A stretch of DNA of 64,000 bases. Origin: Rhynchobatus australiae. Its lineage: Eukaryota. Shown piece after piece: positions 39,040 through 51,620 of the stretch (its first letter is position 1; each line of letters opens with the position of its first letter). A program made the position numbers and the translations under genes. The notes below the pieces were generated by a model. It worked only from the letters and a program-made list of their open reading frames with translations, had not been told where the DNA came from and did no database searches. The DNA lies in the NCBI GenBank assembly GCA_034780895.1, contig JAUZTB010000002.1, positions 49,306,531 through 49,370,530 on the forward strand, given 5' to 3'.

Positions 39040-39840
39040 GCATAGTGGCATGGTGTCAAGACAGCAACCTCTCTCTCAATGCCAGCAAAATAAAAAGAGC
39101 TGGTCATTGACTTCAGGAACTAGGATGGAGTACACCCCCACCCCCAGTTTGCATCAATGGTGATGAGGTGGAGATGACTGAAAGCTTCAAGATGTACATA
39201 TCACAAACAATTTGTCCTGGCCCAACCACGTTGATGCTACAGCTAAAGCAGACCAATTACTCTACTTCCTCAGTAAGCTGAGGAAATTCAGCATGTCCCC
39301 AATGACTCTTAACAGTTTTTACAGATGCACCACAGCAAGCATCCTACCTGGATATGACAACTGCTCTGTCCAAAACTGCAAGAAATTGAACAGTAGTGAA
39401 CGCAGCCCAGAACATCACAAAAACCATCCTCCCCTCCATTGACTCCATCTACACTTCCCACTGCCTCGGGAAAGCAGCCAACATAATCAAAGACCTCTCC
39501 CCAGTCATAACCTTTTCTCCCCTCTCCCGTCAGGCAGAAGATACAAAAATCTTAAAGGGCAGGTAACCAGACTTGAGGACAGTTTCATTAGTATTAGACT
39601 CTTGAAATGACCTCACATGCTAAAGATGAATTCTTGATCTCCCAATCTAACTTGTCATGGCCCTTGTACTTAATTTATTTACCTGCATTGAACTCTCTGT
39701 AGCTGCTACACTATATTCTGCATTCTTTTCTTTTTACTATCTCGATGTACTTGTGTATGGCATCATCTGCCTGGATGGCACACAAAAGCTTTTCCACTGT
39801 TTTTTGGTACACACAACAATAATAAACCAATACCAATAAT
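39040..39840 (+). mobile_element. Rex1/Babar-clade LINE 3' fragment
   Basis: Peptide LSWPNHVDATAKADQLLYFLSKLRKFSMSPMTLNSFYRCT..SIL, an LPSGRRY-like segment at ~39525, and a tail ending aataataaaccaataccaat. Confidence 0.82.
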
Positions 39841-41424
39841 TCTGCCACAGGTCGAACAACAAGAAAATGCTTTAATAGATAACTAATAATAGAAAATTTA
39901 CAAATGAGAGAAACTATCAAAATCTCTGTGCAGTAGGTGAAACTACAGCCTTAAACTTTTGACTTGGGCTAAGGAATAAAGTTAAAAATAAACTCAGATA
40001 CTGAATAGCTGTACATATTTCACAGTAGCATATTTAAAGGAATAATATTCTTTTACTATCAAGAAAAAACAATTAGTGCTTAACTTATTTAGGTAGCTTT
40101 CTTCTAACAAAGATGATTTACTGACATGAATGACTTATTGTTGATTAGAAATTTTTTATTTAATAAAATTGAAAATATTCAATTTGCACAAGTGTGATAG
40201 GGAAGTGCTACAGAAAAAGTTTAAAAGAGCAGAAGCTACATGTTCCAGCTACCTCCTGGTAGGACTCAGGTGACTCCGAAACAAGTAAATGTTATCATGC
40301 ATTCAAGTAATCATTGACAAACTTAAACAAGTTTGGTTATATTACTGAAAATTTGGGATCTAATGGTTTTAGTTCAATCACACTGCGTCATTCAGCTAAA
40401 AGATTTTTTTGCCTCCTAAGTTTAGAAGTATGAGCTGAATGCAGCAGTGGAGTAAATTCGGAATCTGAGATCTAAAAGAACAGTGCAACCAATAATCTAT
40501 CCTGTTAACAATTGTGATTTACGAATTGAGAAATTAACACCAGAAACAAATTTTATATTCCAAATTCAACATCAATCAGATGCAGACCATCAAGGAAAGG
40601 AAAGGAAAGATCAGTTTGAAAGAGGGAAAAATACTATAAATTTAATTTTTAAAATTGCTAACATTTAGAATAGCTACTTTTTGATGCCAAAAAACTAATA
40701 CTTATCACATTGCTAAACAGTCACAGCTGTGTGTTTGCAACCAAGGACACACACTTGTTCCTGGTGAAGTAGCAATTGATGTGTACTTTCAATTTAATAC
40801 ATAGCACTCGGTGATCACAACGTAGTTTCTTCTACTGCAGAAACCAAACTCTGGGTAACAAATACCTCTTCAGTCCAGAGAAGTGACCCCAAGTTTCCAG
40901 TTGCCTAGCTCTGATGACAAGTCAGCAAATTTAAACATTAATTCCACACAGATGTTGCTGCCTGACCCATTTAGTATTTCCAACATTTTAATTCCATCAT
41001 TTGTTCCTGCTCAAGATAATCTGCAGTCTTACTAGTTACTACTTGTCAGATTATCTTAACTGGCAGCATATTTTTTTTCCCCTAAGCAAAAACTTAGCAG
41101 GTTCAAGTTACTTGCTACCCTTTACAGGTATACTAATCCCCACTTGTACACTTCAAGTAATCAAGTTCAGATCTGGGCATCACATCTCCAAAAGATTTAT
41201 TGGTCTCAGAGGATGCATTGTTAGGTTTCACTAGAATTATACTGTGGCTTAATTATACTTTGGAATTTAGAATTTCAGTTATGACGAGGTTAGCTGCCTG
41301 AGGTTGATTTCTTTGCAACAGCAGAAGTCAAGGGGTGATTTAATTGAGGTTTACATTGGGTAAAAATGAAAGATCCAAAAGCCTTACCAGTAATTAGGTG
41401 GCAATTAGGGGGCAAATAAATGAA

Positions 41425-41600
41425 TGAATTGGCAATTAATTTATTATCATCACATGCACCAAGATACCGTGAAAAGCTTTAGTTTGCATGCCACCCAGAT
41501 CATTTCATACACAAGTACATTGAGGTCAGACAAAGTGGGGTAAAAGAACAATGCAGAATAGTGTTATAGTTACATAGAGTGCACAGTGCAGGTAGACAAA
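41425..41600 (-). mobile_element. Rex1/Babar 3' tail
   Basis: Reverse complement resembles 39680-39835 and 45480-45630. Confidence 0.7.
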
Positions 41601-43389
41601 GTGTTTTGAGGAATTGAGGAAAACATTTTGTGCCCAGAGGGTTGTGGAGGGCTGGAACTCACTGCCTGAATGGATGGTGGATGCAGAAACTGTCATTATA
41701 TTAAAAAAAAACCTTGGATAACCACCTGGTGTGCTGTGAGCTGCAAGGTTAAAATATGCAACCTTGGAAGCAGGACACAGCTTGCGTGGGCTGAATGAGC
41801 TAAAAAACATCAGTCTGGGTTTTAAATTTTCTCGATTTTATCATGAGTTGTCTGAGAATCAACATTTGGATGGTTGTTTATTTTACTCTCACCTGAAGTA
41901 GCTGTATTATTTACAAATTAACACAAGGAAAGCCACTGGCCTCAACATTACTTTGACAGCAAAATCTGGCCCATTATGTTAAAAGACATTGATAGTTTGT
42001 TGAATGTGTGTATTGGGTTGAAGAAGAACGTATTTTTTTCTCCCCAAAGGTGGTTTGAACAATTAATCCAGATTGAAAACACCTGAAGTATGTTTGCTGC
42101 TTTACTTTGAACCCATGAACAAAATGTGGAATCAAAGCTATTTACTAAAATATTATCATATGCCAGTAAGTCAGTGTGGTAAATAGGAACGAACTACAAA
42201 ACTAGTTCACCATCTTGGTGTTCTGCAGCAGACTCCAATAGTTAGTGTAAATTGGGAGAGTGGCTCTTTAAAAAGATACACTTTTTAAATGGATTGGAGC
42301 TATTCAGCTTGTAGTGATCAATGATTGGCATGAAGTGGGAAAAAAAATGACAGGTCAGTCTGTGCACATTCTACTTGATAAACAGATGACATGCATAAAA
42401 GCAAATTGTAGCCAGATTTCCTCATCTAGTACAATTTAACTGTACTGGCACAATTAAAAAAATGCACTCCCAAAAAGACTTTTTTAAAATGTAACAATTT
42501 CCAAACAAGTTTAAAAATATTTGACAGCTTCCTATAGTCTAACATATATAAATTTACTTAAAAACTATAAAACTTTACTCGAATTTTTATAGCAAAACAA
42601 AGCTGTTAGAGGATATCTGCAGCTCTAAAGATAATGTTAAAAACTTTACTTCTGATATCACCCATCATTTTACACAAATTATTTCTGCCTGGTTTGCAAG
42701 CAATTCTGTTTGCTTCAAATCCCCTGATATTTCTTCCCTCCAAACATCTGTTCGATTGTGCAACAGTTAGATTTTCCAGTCCTGGAACTGAAGCAGTGCA
42801 AAAAAAAATCTTAACTCAAAACTGACCTGCAAGTTCAGCCAGTTGAAACTAATGAGAGCAAAGTTTATGCTTTTATATAATTCTATAGCAATCATGGATA
42901 AAAAAACTACAGTTGCTGGAAATCTGAAATAAAAACAATTCTCAAAAGTCTCAGCTAGTCAAGCAGCCTCTGTGGAAAGAGAAACTGGTGAAGCAAATGG
43001 TCTTTCCAATTAATCATTCTTTTCCAGAGTCTGACTAAAGATTACCAACATTTTCTGCTTTTATGACATAATTCTATTCCATATAAGCTTTGTTCTTCAA
43101 GATGTGCATTTTACAAATGGAATTTTTAATTCAGACAGCAAGTTGAACACATTGCACAAATTAAAAACTCCATTTGTAAAATCCAAGAGAAATTTCATAA
43201 TAAACCGATTATAATGCAATATTCTAATCCCGTAATTTATGCTGCTGACAAATGCTTCTACATCTTTAATGATTAAACTAGCAATAAACCATTTGGAAGT
43301 TTAGATGAGCCTTATTTTGCTCTCCTTAGATGAAATGTGAAAGTCCCAGAACCAACCGGAGATGCATATCTATAAATATTTAAATTTTT

Positions 43390-43720
43390 TTCTTGTAGGA
43401 ACAAACCATTTCACACATATTATAGCTTTCATATCCCAAAATTCCCAAGTGTATCAAGGACTCATGAAATACAGTCATGGTTATTATATGGAGACTAATT
43501 TGCAAACAAGATAGTCTCATACAGCAGTCAAATAAATGACTTTTAATCACTTTGGTAATATAGATTGAGGGAGAACCATTAAGTACTGGGATAGTACCAT
43601 TTTTCTTTAAATTGCGCCACTGGATCTTTACATGTCTTTCAACTGAATGTAGTTTCAAGGAAAAAAATTCCCAACTTCATCAGGGCAGTCCTCACTGAAA
43701 CAAGTACTGATGTTTCAGTG
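43390..43720 (-). mobile_element. Deu-domain SINE (SacSINE1/AmnSINE1-like), old copy
   Basis: Minus strand reads gtaaagatccagtggcgcaattt...tccctcaa...tgctgtatgaga...gcaaattag...atgaaagctata, which follows the Deu-domain and tail order as I recall it. Confidence 0.6.
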
Positions 43721-44914
43721 ACAATGAGCTGCATTATTACTTATCATAGACAAGTATGGATATTAAACAGAATACATCCTCTTAAAATACGAAAGGAATT
43801 AAAAAGTTTGCCCTCCAATATTACAACTGATAATGACTGGTATGATTTCTGAATTTGATGTACAAAAATGAATGGAATCATACAGGAAAAACCAGACAAG
43901 TTATCAAACCACAAAGCCTCATACATCATCATTAGACTCTCCTTAACCAAAAGGGTACACCAAAAGAAAAACAATTAGTTGGGTAGAAAAAAGACGGTAA
44001 ATTTAACATTGAATATCTACCTTCATTGTCCTGAAATTTTTCCTCAGCCTGGAAGGAATCATTCCTTAAGTGTTATAAAACTTTATCAACCAAACAAAAA
44101 TTATCATCAAGGGTACCAGGCACATGAGAGGATTCTGTAGGTTTCCTCCAAGGTACATACGGTCCTGACCTGGAAATTCATCACTGTCACCAGTTCCAAA
44201 AACCAATTCAATCTATGGAAACTTGAATTTTAAATTTCAAAGATCAAAATACATGCTATTGTGATTTGAAACACTAAAAGTTCAGCAAGATAAACTGCCA
44301 GAATTTACAACTCATTAGCAAAATCTAAGCAAAAAGTACTTTGCTGTTCAGCTAACATTTAATCACGAGATACGCGATTGGTTAAGCAACAAAATCTCAG
44401 AATTAATAATAGTGGTCAAAGTTAGTGAGTTCTCCTTGAGCTATCAACTTCCTAAAGCAAAAGGAGAATCGGACAGAAAATCCAAAATTTAGAAGTGGTC
44501 AAAAATTAAAACAGACATTCCTTTACCTCACTTTGCATTTCAAAGTATTTTGTACTCAAGTACTCTCATTATGTAAAGCTCACAGGAGCTTAAAATGACA
44601 ACCAGTGGATATATTGATATAAGCCTTAACTGGAAATTTAACATTTACTAAATGCCCAAAAGAAGCTGATTTTATAATCAGTTAGATTTTGATTAGACAG
44701 TCTCTTAGCCACTCATACAATTTTTACTCACTCCCAAGATTTTTTTGCATTCTCCCTGACCCCTGTGCTTATCCAGTTCTCTACTCTTGCCAATTTTCAT
44801 TTTTGTGAGAAGTGATTTTCTTATAAAGGCTTTATTCCTCCTCTCAGCAAAAGCCAGTCAACACCTGGCACAACCTATGCTAGCACTTTTCATTTACATG
44901 ATGTCAATTATCAT

Positions 44915-45632
44915 CCAAAGGTTTTGGCATGTCCCCTTTGACCCTCAATTTTTATAGATGCACCACACAAGCATCCTATCCAGATACATCATGGCTTGGC
45001 ATGGCCATGGTCATTCACCATACATTTTATGGACATTGTGTCAGCAGAAAGAATTAGTTTAGTTGGGAATTTGATTACTAATTTAATTAGTTCAGCACAA
45101 CATCATGGGCCGAAGGGCCTGTTCCTGTGCTGTACCATTCTATGTTCTATGCAATTGCTCTGCCCAAGACCACAAGTAACTGCAGAGTTGCGGACACAGC
45201 TCAACAAATCATGGAAACCAGCCTCCCTTCTGTGGACTCTTTCTATAGTTCTTGCTGCCTCAGTAAAGCAACATAATCTAAGACCCCACCCACCTCAGAC
45301 ATTCTCTCTTCTCCCCCCTCTCATCGGTCAGAAGATACAAAAGCCTGAAAGCACATACCACCAGGCTCAAGGACAACTTCTATCCATTGTTAAGGCTATT
45401 GAATGGTCCCCTAGCACGATAAAAATGGGCTCTTGACCTCAATCTCCATCGCTATGGCCTTGTACGTTATCATCTGCCTTCACTGCACTCTCTCTGTAAC
45501 TGTTATTCTTTATTCTGCATTCTGTTATTGTTTTTCCGCTTGTGTCGATGTGATGAAATGATCTGTATGGATGGCATGCAAAACAAAGATTTTCACTGTA
45601 GCTCAGCACATGCGACAATAAAATACCAATTT
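44915..45632 (+). mobile_element. Rex1/Babar LINE 3' fragment interrupted by a CR1-type tail (~45010-45150)
   Basis: Colinear with 39285-39835. The insert ends gggccgaagggcctgttcctgtgctgtaccattctatgttctatg. Confidence 0.78.
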
Positions 45633-46153
45633 ACTGCCAGGAGGAAAGGGGCAGGGGAAGAGGGAGTGTTTCCCCTCAACAGAACCCCTCTGCTAGCTGT
45701 GGTTCTTTAAGACTGTAATAAGATAATATCTAGTCTTGGACAAGCAGCAATTTNNNNNNNNNNNNNNNNNNNNNNNNNNNNNNNNNNNNNNNNNNNNNNN
45801 NNNNNNNNNNNNNNNNNNNNNNNNNNNNNNNNNNNNNNNNNNNNNNNNNNNNNNNNNNNNNNNNNNNNNNNNNNNNNNNNNNNNNNNNNNNNNNNNNNNN
45901 NNNNNNACCAAGGCTACAATGAGATTGGTGGTCCAGCCATCCTGATGTAACCCAATCTGAGCATGGTTGCAACCCAAAATCTGTATTTACAGACTATCTT
46001 TCCATTCTGGTAATGAAGGATCAGATATTTTATACTGTACAGTAATAATGTCATCTATTACCTCAGATGGAAAATATTTTGTTTACTAAAGTATTTCAGT
46101 GTGTTTTGCAAAAATTAATCGCATGTAATTACATTAGTTTGTAGAGCCACGGG

Positions 46154-46810
46154 GGATACCGGCCAGAAGTGTATTTGCAAAAGTTAGCTCACAAACAAGA
46201 TGCTTTTCTGAGTATTGCTTCCACTGGATGACAATTCATCAGTTCAAGTTTTTTTTAAAAACAAATGTTTCAGCCAGTAAGTTATGAAAATACCATAACA
46301 AGACCAAGAATGAGGTTCGAATAAAGCAGTGCCCTAAGCTGCTTTTCTATACAACCATTTTATATTAGCCTTAAATACTAATAACTTTTCCAGAGTATTA
46401 TTTGCAAATAGCCTGGCATCTGCATTGCAGTTCATGACACATTCCAAAGACAGGTCACAGCCCAAGTTTCCCATCGCTGTATTTATAGAAAGAATATTTT
46501 GTTATGACTATCTATATTGTACATTATCAAATAAAAAAAACATTTGGATGCACATTTTTCCCACAGATGAATTGACAAAATCTGCAGCTTTCCAATACTC
46601 ATCCATTTGATCCATATGTTTGATCAATTTTAATTAAGATTGTTCATTCAAACTTCATTTTTGGTCTTATGATATTTTCATAACTTACTGGCTAAAACAT
46701 TGTTTTAAAAAAAAACACACACTAACTGATGAATTGTCATCCAGTGGAAGCATTACTCAGTGAAGCATTTTGTGAGCTAACTCTTACAAACACTCTTCTG
46801 GCCAGTATCC
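46154..46810. mobile_element. Non-autonomous DNA element/MITE with ~170-bp terminal inverted repeats
   Basis: 46154-46325 is an imperfect reverse complement of 46640-46810 (e.g. ttgcttccactggatgacaattcatcagtt vs aactgatgaattgtcatccagtggaagc). Confidence 0.8.
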
Positions 46811-49800
46811 TGTTTAATTGATATTCATACCAAACATGGAACAAAACTGATAAAATGGAATTGAGGTAAAGATGACCCATAAACTGACAGATTAGACTTC
46901 AGAGACTGAATAACCTTCTTCTATAACTGCATTCAAGTGAAATTTCAATGTAAAATGATTGTTCTCTGTTAACTTCTTGTATTCTGGTAACTGGGAGGTG
47001 GACATGGATTCATCTTCTCCCTTTTCTCCAATGGCATTAATAGTTCACAAGTGATGAATTTTGGGATTGAGTTGGGAATTTTAAAAGAGATGTATATTTC
47101 CAATCAGAACTCAAATTATTGATCTTGGTAGGTGTAAAAGACAGCAAGGATAAAAAGTCTTAATTGGAAGTACTAGTTCCATAGTATCTGTGCTGAAACC
47201 TCAACTATGCATGAAATTTTAGTAATTTAAATAATACATTACAGAACCATACATCCAGGCATCTTGCAAATTTGGCACCTCAAAATCTAGAGCAATGACC
47301 AAACTGCTATCCAGACACATTGTGGCAGTGAGTTCTGCCATCTCCAGTAGAAGTCTAATGACGTGGGGGTCCTTTCCCCTTACATTGGGGTCTTGGGGTG
47401 AAGGTTACATGGAGTGGTCCCATGCAACAGATTCCTAAGCCAGTTCACAGACTCCCACTGTAAGCAGCTGATTCCTGCCTTTTTGGCCAGTGAGACCCCA
47501 TTCCAGGTTCTCCAGCTGCTTGTGAAATAGAAGCAGCTACAAACCACCCCTCTGAACTGAATAACCAATTCTCTGGATGTTGTTGTCCCTCAATTTCATA
47601 TTGTTCCGTTTGCTACTAGATATAATACAATCAAAGATTAACTCTTGTTCAAAGTCCCTACTGCAGAAGAGAACAATTTACAACAGGTGTGCATTAGGAA
47701 AAAGTAAAAACTGCTGAGAGGATCCACCTACAGCAAGGATCCCTTCATGTTCAGAAGCAGTCACTAATTAATGGCCCAGATGAGTTTCAATCTTATAGTC
47801 AATTACTGGGAACTCAGTTCTAAACCCAGATGAGAACTTCGGACAAATTGGAAATAATCCCACTTCCATGACTGCAAGGGCCTTGGCTGCCACAGTCCAA
47901 GTGCATTGATTCATGTCAGCACTGCCTGGTACCTACCATCAGCAATCTGCTGAAGGGCTGAAACATTCAAGATTTTAAGAAGTTCAGCATCATAACCACT
48001 GCTCAATTGACAGGATACAATCTAGAGTTGAAGATGGCCATTTGTCTGTCTTCCAACAAGCCTGCAATTACCAGTTCCAGACACAAATGCCGATGGTCTT
48101 CAGAAAACAGTCCCACTAGCTACCCTGCTCTTCAATTTGAAATGAAAAATATCCAAACAGCTGCTCTTGGATTACTTTATTGCACAATTCCTTCCTTGTT
48201 TTCTTAATCCATAGACAATTTTATGAAGCAGACTGCTACAAGGTACCTTTTGGTAGACTTGTCCACAAAACAGCTCTGTTAAATCTCACAATGGTTTATG
48301 AATCCCATTCTTAAACCTTAACATGTTTCTACCACATAGCAATTATGCTACATGAGAAGATGAGACAAGATACACCAATTGATTATGTCTAGATTTTAAG
48401 ATACATCAAAACTGAAGAGGCTGAAGAACAGGATTGCATAATGCTCAATTTGACATTTTAAACAGAATTGAAGAAGTTTATAGTGCTGCTCAACGAAATA
48501 CCTTTTTTTTTTTAAAAAGNNNNNNNNNNNNNNNNNNNNNNNNNNNNNNNNNNNNNNNNNNNNNNNNNAGAGCAAGTTATCCAAGAGCAAAAGAAGGGGC
48601 AGAAGTAGGTTTTTTGATCCCTTGAGCTTGGTGTGCCATTCAGTAAAATTCAGCCAATTATAATGTGCAAGGGGACAAATATGGTCCTAAAAAGATGGGA
48701 TCGGCAGGAGAAATTTATCAATATGCCTCCTGTCCAACAAGCAGCAATGATGGATCTGGTTTTAGAAAATGAATTGAAACACATTTCACTCAATTATCAA
48801 GTTAAACAGTGACCACATAATTTGGTGTAATAATGTAAAGAGATTAGAAAAAGTTGAGCACTAAAAATACTTAACTGGTGAAAGCATAATTTCAATTTAA
48901 AAAAGGATTTCAGTTGACTAGAAAAGGTGTAGAGTAAAACAGTAATAGAGAAAATAAAAATATTCAGGAAAATAAGAGTTCAGGTACACTATAGACATTC
49001 CTTTGAAGGAAAGAAATGGAAGAACCCAACTAAAATGGATGGAATCAAGCTTGCAAACTCATCTTCTCACAAAGGACAGATTATAGCACAGATCCAGGTT
49101 TGTTAAAAGACAATCTCTTAGGTTATGGCACATGGGGGTTCACAATCCTCTACCAAAATGTAAAAAAAAATTGCTTTGATGTACCCCAATGTTACTTAGT
49201 ACAAAGAGCATCAAAAGTCAAAGACATTGGGTTACTTTGATAATACTTTCTCCAGTGGTACAGAATAGCAAATGGGAACTTCCATATTACTAGACCAATA
49301 GTAAACCCCTCAGAAATAAAGTGTATTCCTAATTTACACAGAAAATGAAACTTCGTGACCAAAATCGTCCTTGCCAGCTGAAAGTCATGTTGATTTTGTG
49401 TATTATTTGAACCTCTCTTCTCAATGCATCCTTCTAATATCACCTTTTTTTTAGAAAAAAGAAAACTGGGAGAAGTTCCCAAAGTTTATTTCCTTTGCAC
49501 TTTGAATATTATTAATTGAATAATTTTGATAGCTGTAAATTGGTGGTTTACTGCAAACTACATGATCTGCACCACTTCCATTGATTGACAGGGGATAAGT
49601 TCTGTCAGCCAAACTTAAAATAGGAAAGTTGGGCAGGATAGATAAAATAATAATTCCCATGTGCTGCCCATAGCTGCAGAGATTTCAATTATTTGGATGT
49701 GAAGGGTCTACAACAAGTTTATTTAGAAAATAGCTGTGCAGCAACAAAATAAATTAGCAAATATTACATATCCTGGAGCTTCACACTACTCCAGGCCAAG

Positions 49801-50989
49801 TGTGGCATGGTATTATTTCTGCACTGTTTTTTTAAATGTAGGTCCGACAGACAAATAATTTTGCCCAAATTATATTCTCACAATAAATACAAGATAAACA
49901 GAACCATAGCCTATTCCTTTAATTTAAAAATCAGATTAAAGGTGTGTTAATTTGTTTTATTGACAATTGATATAATTCCATAGACTGGATAAAAATACAA
50001 TTTACCACACCATTGATTGGCAACTATCTTTGAAATAGTTGCAGAAAACTGATTTGCAGAGAAGCTCAGCCTTGTCCACTTCATTATTCAAAAATTTTTG
50101 GTTCTGTTACATTAATGCAGTCCAATTGTTGAAAATCTAATAGGACATAACTACTATGTTATTCCTAGCACCTAGTATCTGTTAATATTTTCAGGTATCC
50201 TGAGACAGTTTACCAGNNNNNNNNNNNNNNNNNNNNNNNNNNNNNNNNNNNNNTGATACTCAAGTTACAGGTTTCTCATTGCTTTCTGTTGTGTTGTATT
50301 TAAGCATCTCGGTAATCAACAAAAAGAAAGATGAATGTTGCAAAGAAAATTGAACTCATTTATTCTTTTTACAAACAAGTAAACTAAACTTTGGCTAGTT
50401 GAATGAGAGAAAACATCCATTTGAAGTATGAAGAAATAAATGAGAATTTGTATTAAATGATTCATTTAATACAAATTCATTTCTCTTAATGAATAGTGAA
50501 CAAAGATTACATTCCAACACATTTTCTGTAGTTTCATGGCTTTGTAACAAAATGATCAAGGAGCAAAAAAACTGTGCCAAGCTAGTCAACAAACACTTCT
50601 GTCATTCTCCAAGGAGCATGAAGAGGAAAAAAAAACATGCTGAACAATTTCTACTGCCAACTTTAAATGCACGTTTTGCAATACTGAGTAATTAAAGCAA
50701 GATGCTTTATTAATTTGTTTCTTTCCCTAATGCATTGCATGAGAGGAAATACTCCTTTCCCATCATTTGCTAAAATAACAAATATGCAAGTTTAACCAGA
50801 TCAATTTTCTGAGCAAAGTTCAGCTTTCCAAGGATAATGCCATTGTGTCAAAATGATCTTGCTAAATGTGTTCTCTATTCCAACTTCTCCTTAAAAGTTA
50901 GTGCTGATTTTCAATTATCAGACCTGTGATCAAACTGCCAGAATGACCCAGTATCAAGTTGGAGTCATTTTCTTTTCTCTATTAATTGC

Positions 50990-51620
50990 TAGAAAGTGTA
51001 CTGGAGTGATATGAAATACCTAAAGTAGTGACACAGGTGGATGGCATAGTCAAGGCAGCATTTAGTATGCTTGTCTTCATAAACTGAGACATTGAGCAGA
51101 AGAATTGGGACATCACGTTGCACCTGCACATTGGTTAGACCGCACTTGGGAGTAGTGTGAACAATTCTAGTCACCACACTAAAGGAAGGAAGTGGTAGTA
51201 ATAGAGTTCAGTAGAGATGATATGCCATAATGTTTTGTATTTATAAAGAGATTGGATAGGCTGAATTTATTCTCATTGGAACACAAAAACCTGAGGGGTG
51301 ACTTTATAGAGGCTTATGAAATTATGAGGGTCATAAACAGGGTTGGGGGAGTAGAAAACTAGAATGCACACAGTTTTAAAAAGTGAGGGGGAAAATTTAA
51401 AAAGGAGATCTGAGAGTTTCCCTCCCCCCCCACCCCCCAAAGGGCAGCGTTATCTGTAATAAGCTGCCAGAGGTGGTAGAGGTTGATAACAAGAACAATG
51501 TTTAAAAGACATTTGAATATCGACTTGGATAGGAAAGGCATAGAAATTTGTGTAGATAAGCACAGATGACGTGGGCTGAAAGGGCCTTTTCTCTGTGCTG
51601 TACAATTTTATGATTCTATG
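50990..51620 (+). mobile_element. CR1-clade LINE 3' fragment
   Basis: Colinear with 17680-18340. Tail gggctgaaagggcc...ctgtgctgtac...tatgattctatg. Confidence 0.75.

Noticed and set aside
41885-41900. Consensus-like donor CAG|GTGAGA on the minus strand as an alternative first exon
   Set aside because: Such sites occur by chance in 34 kb, and there is no promoter or exon evidence.
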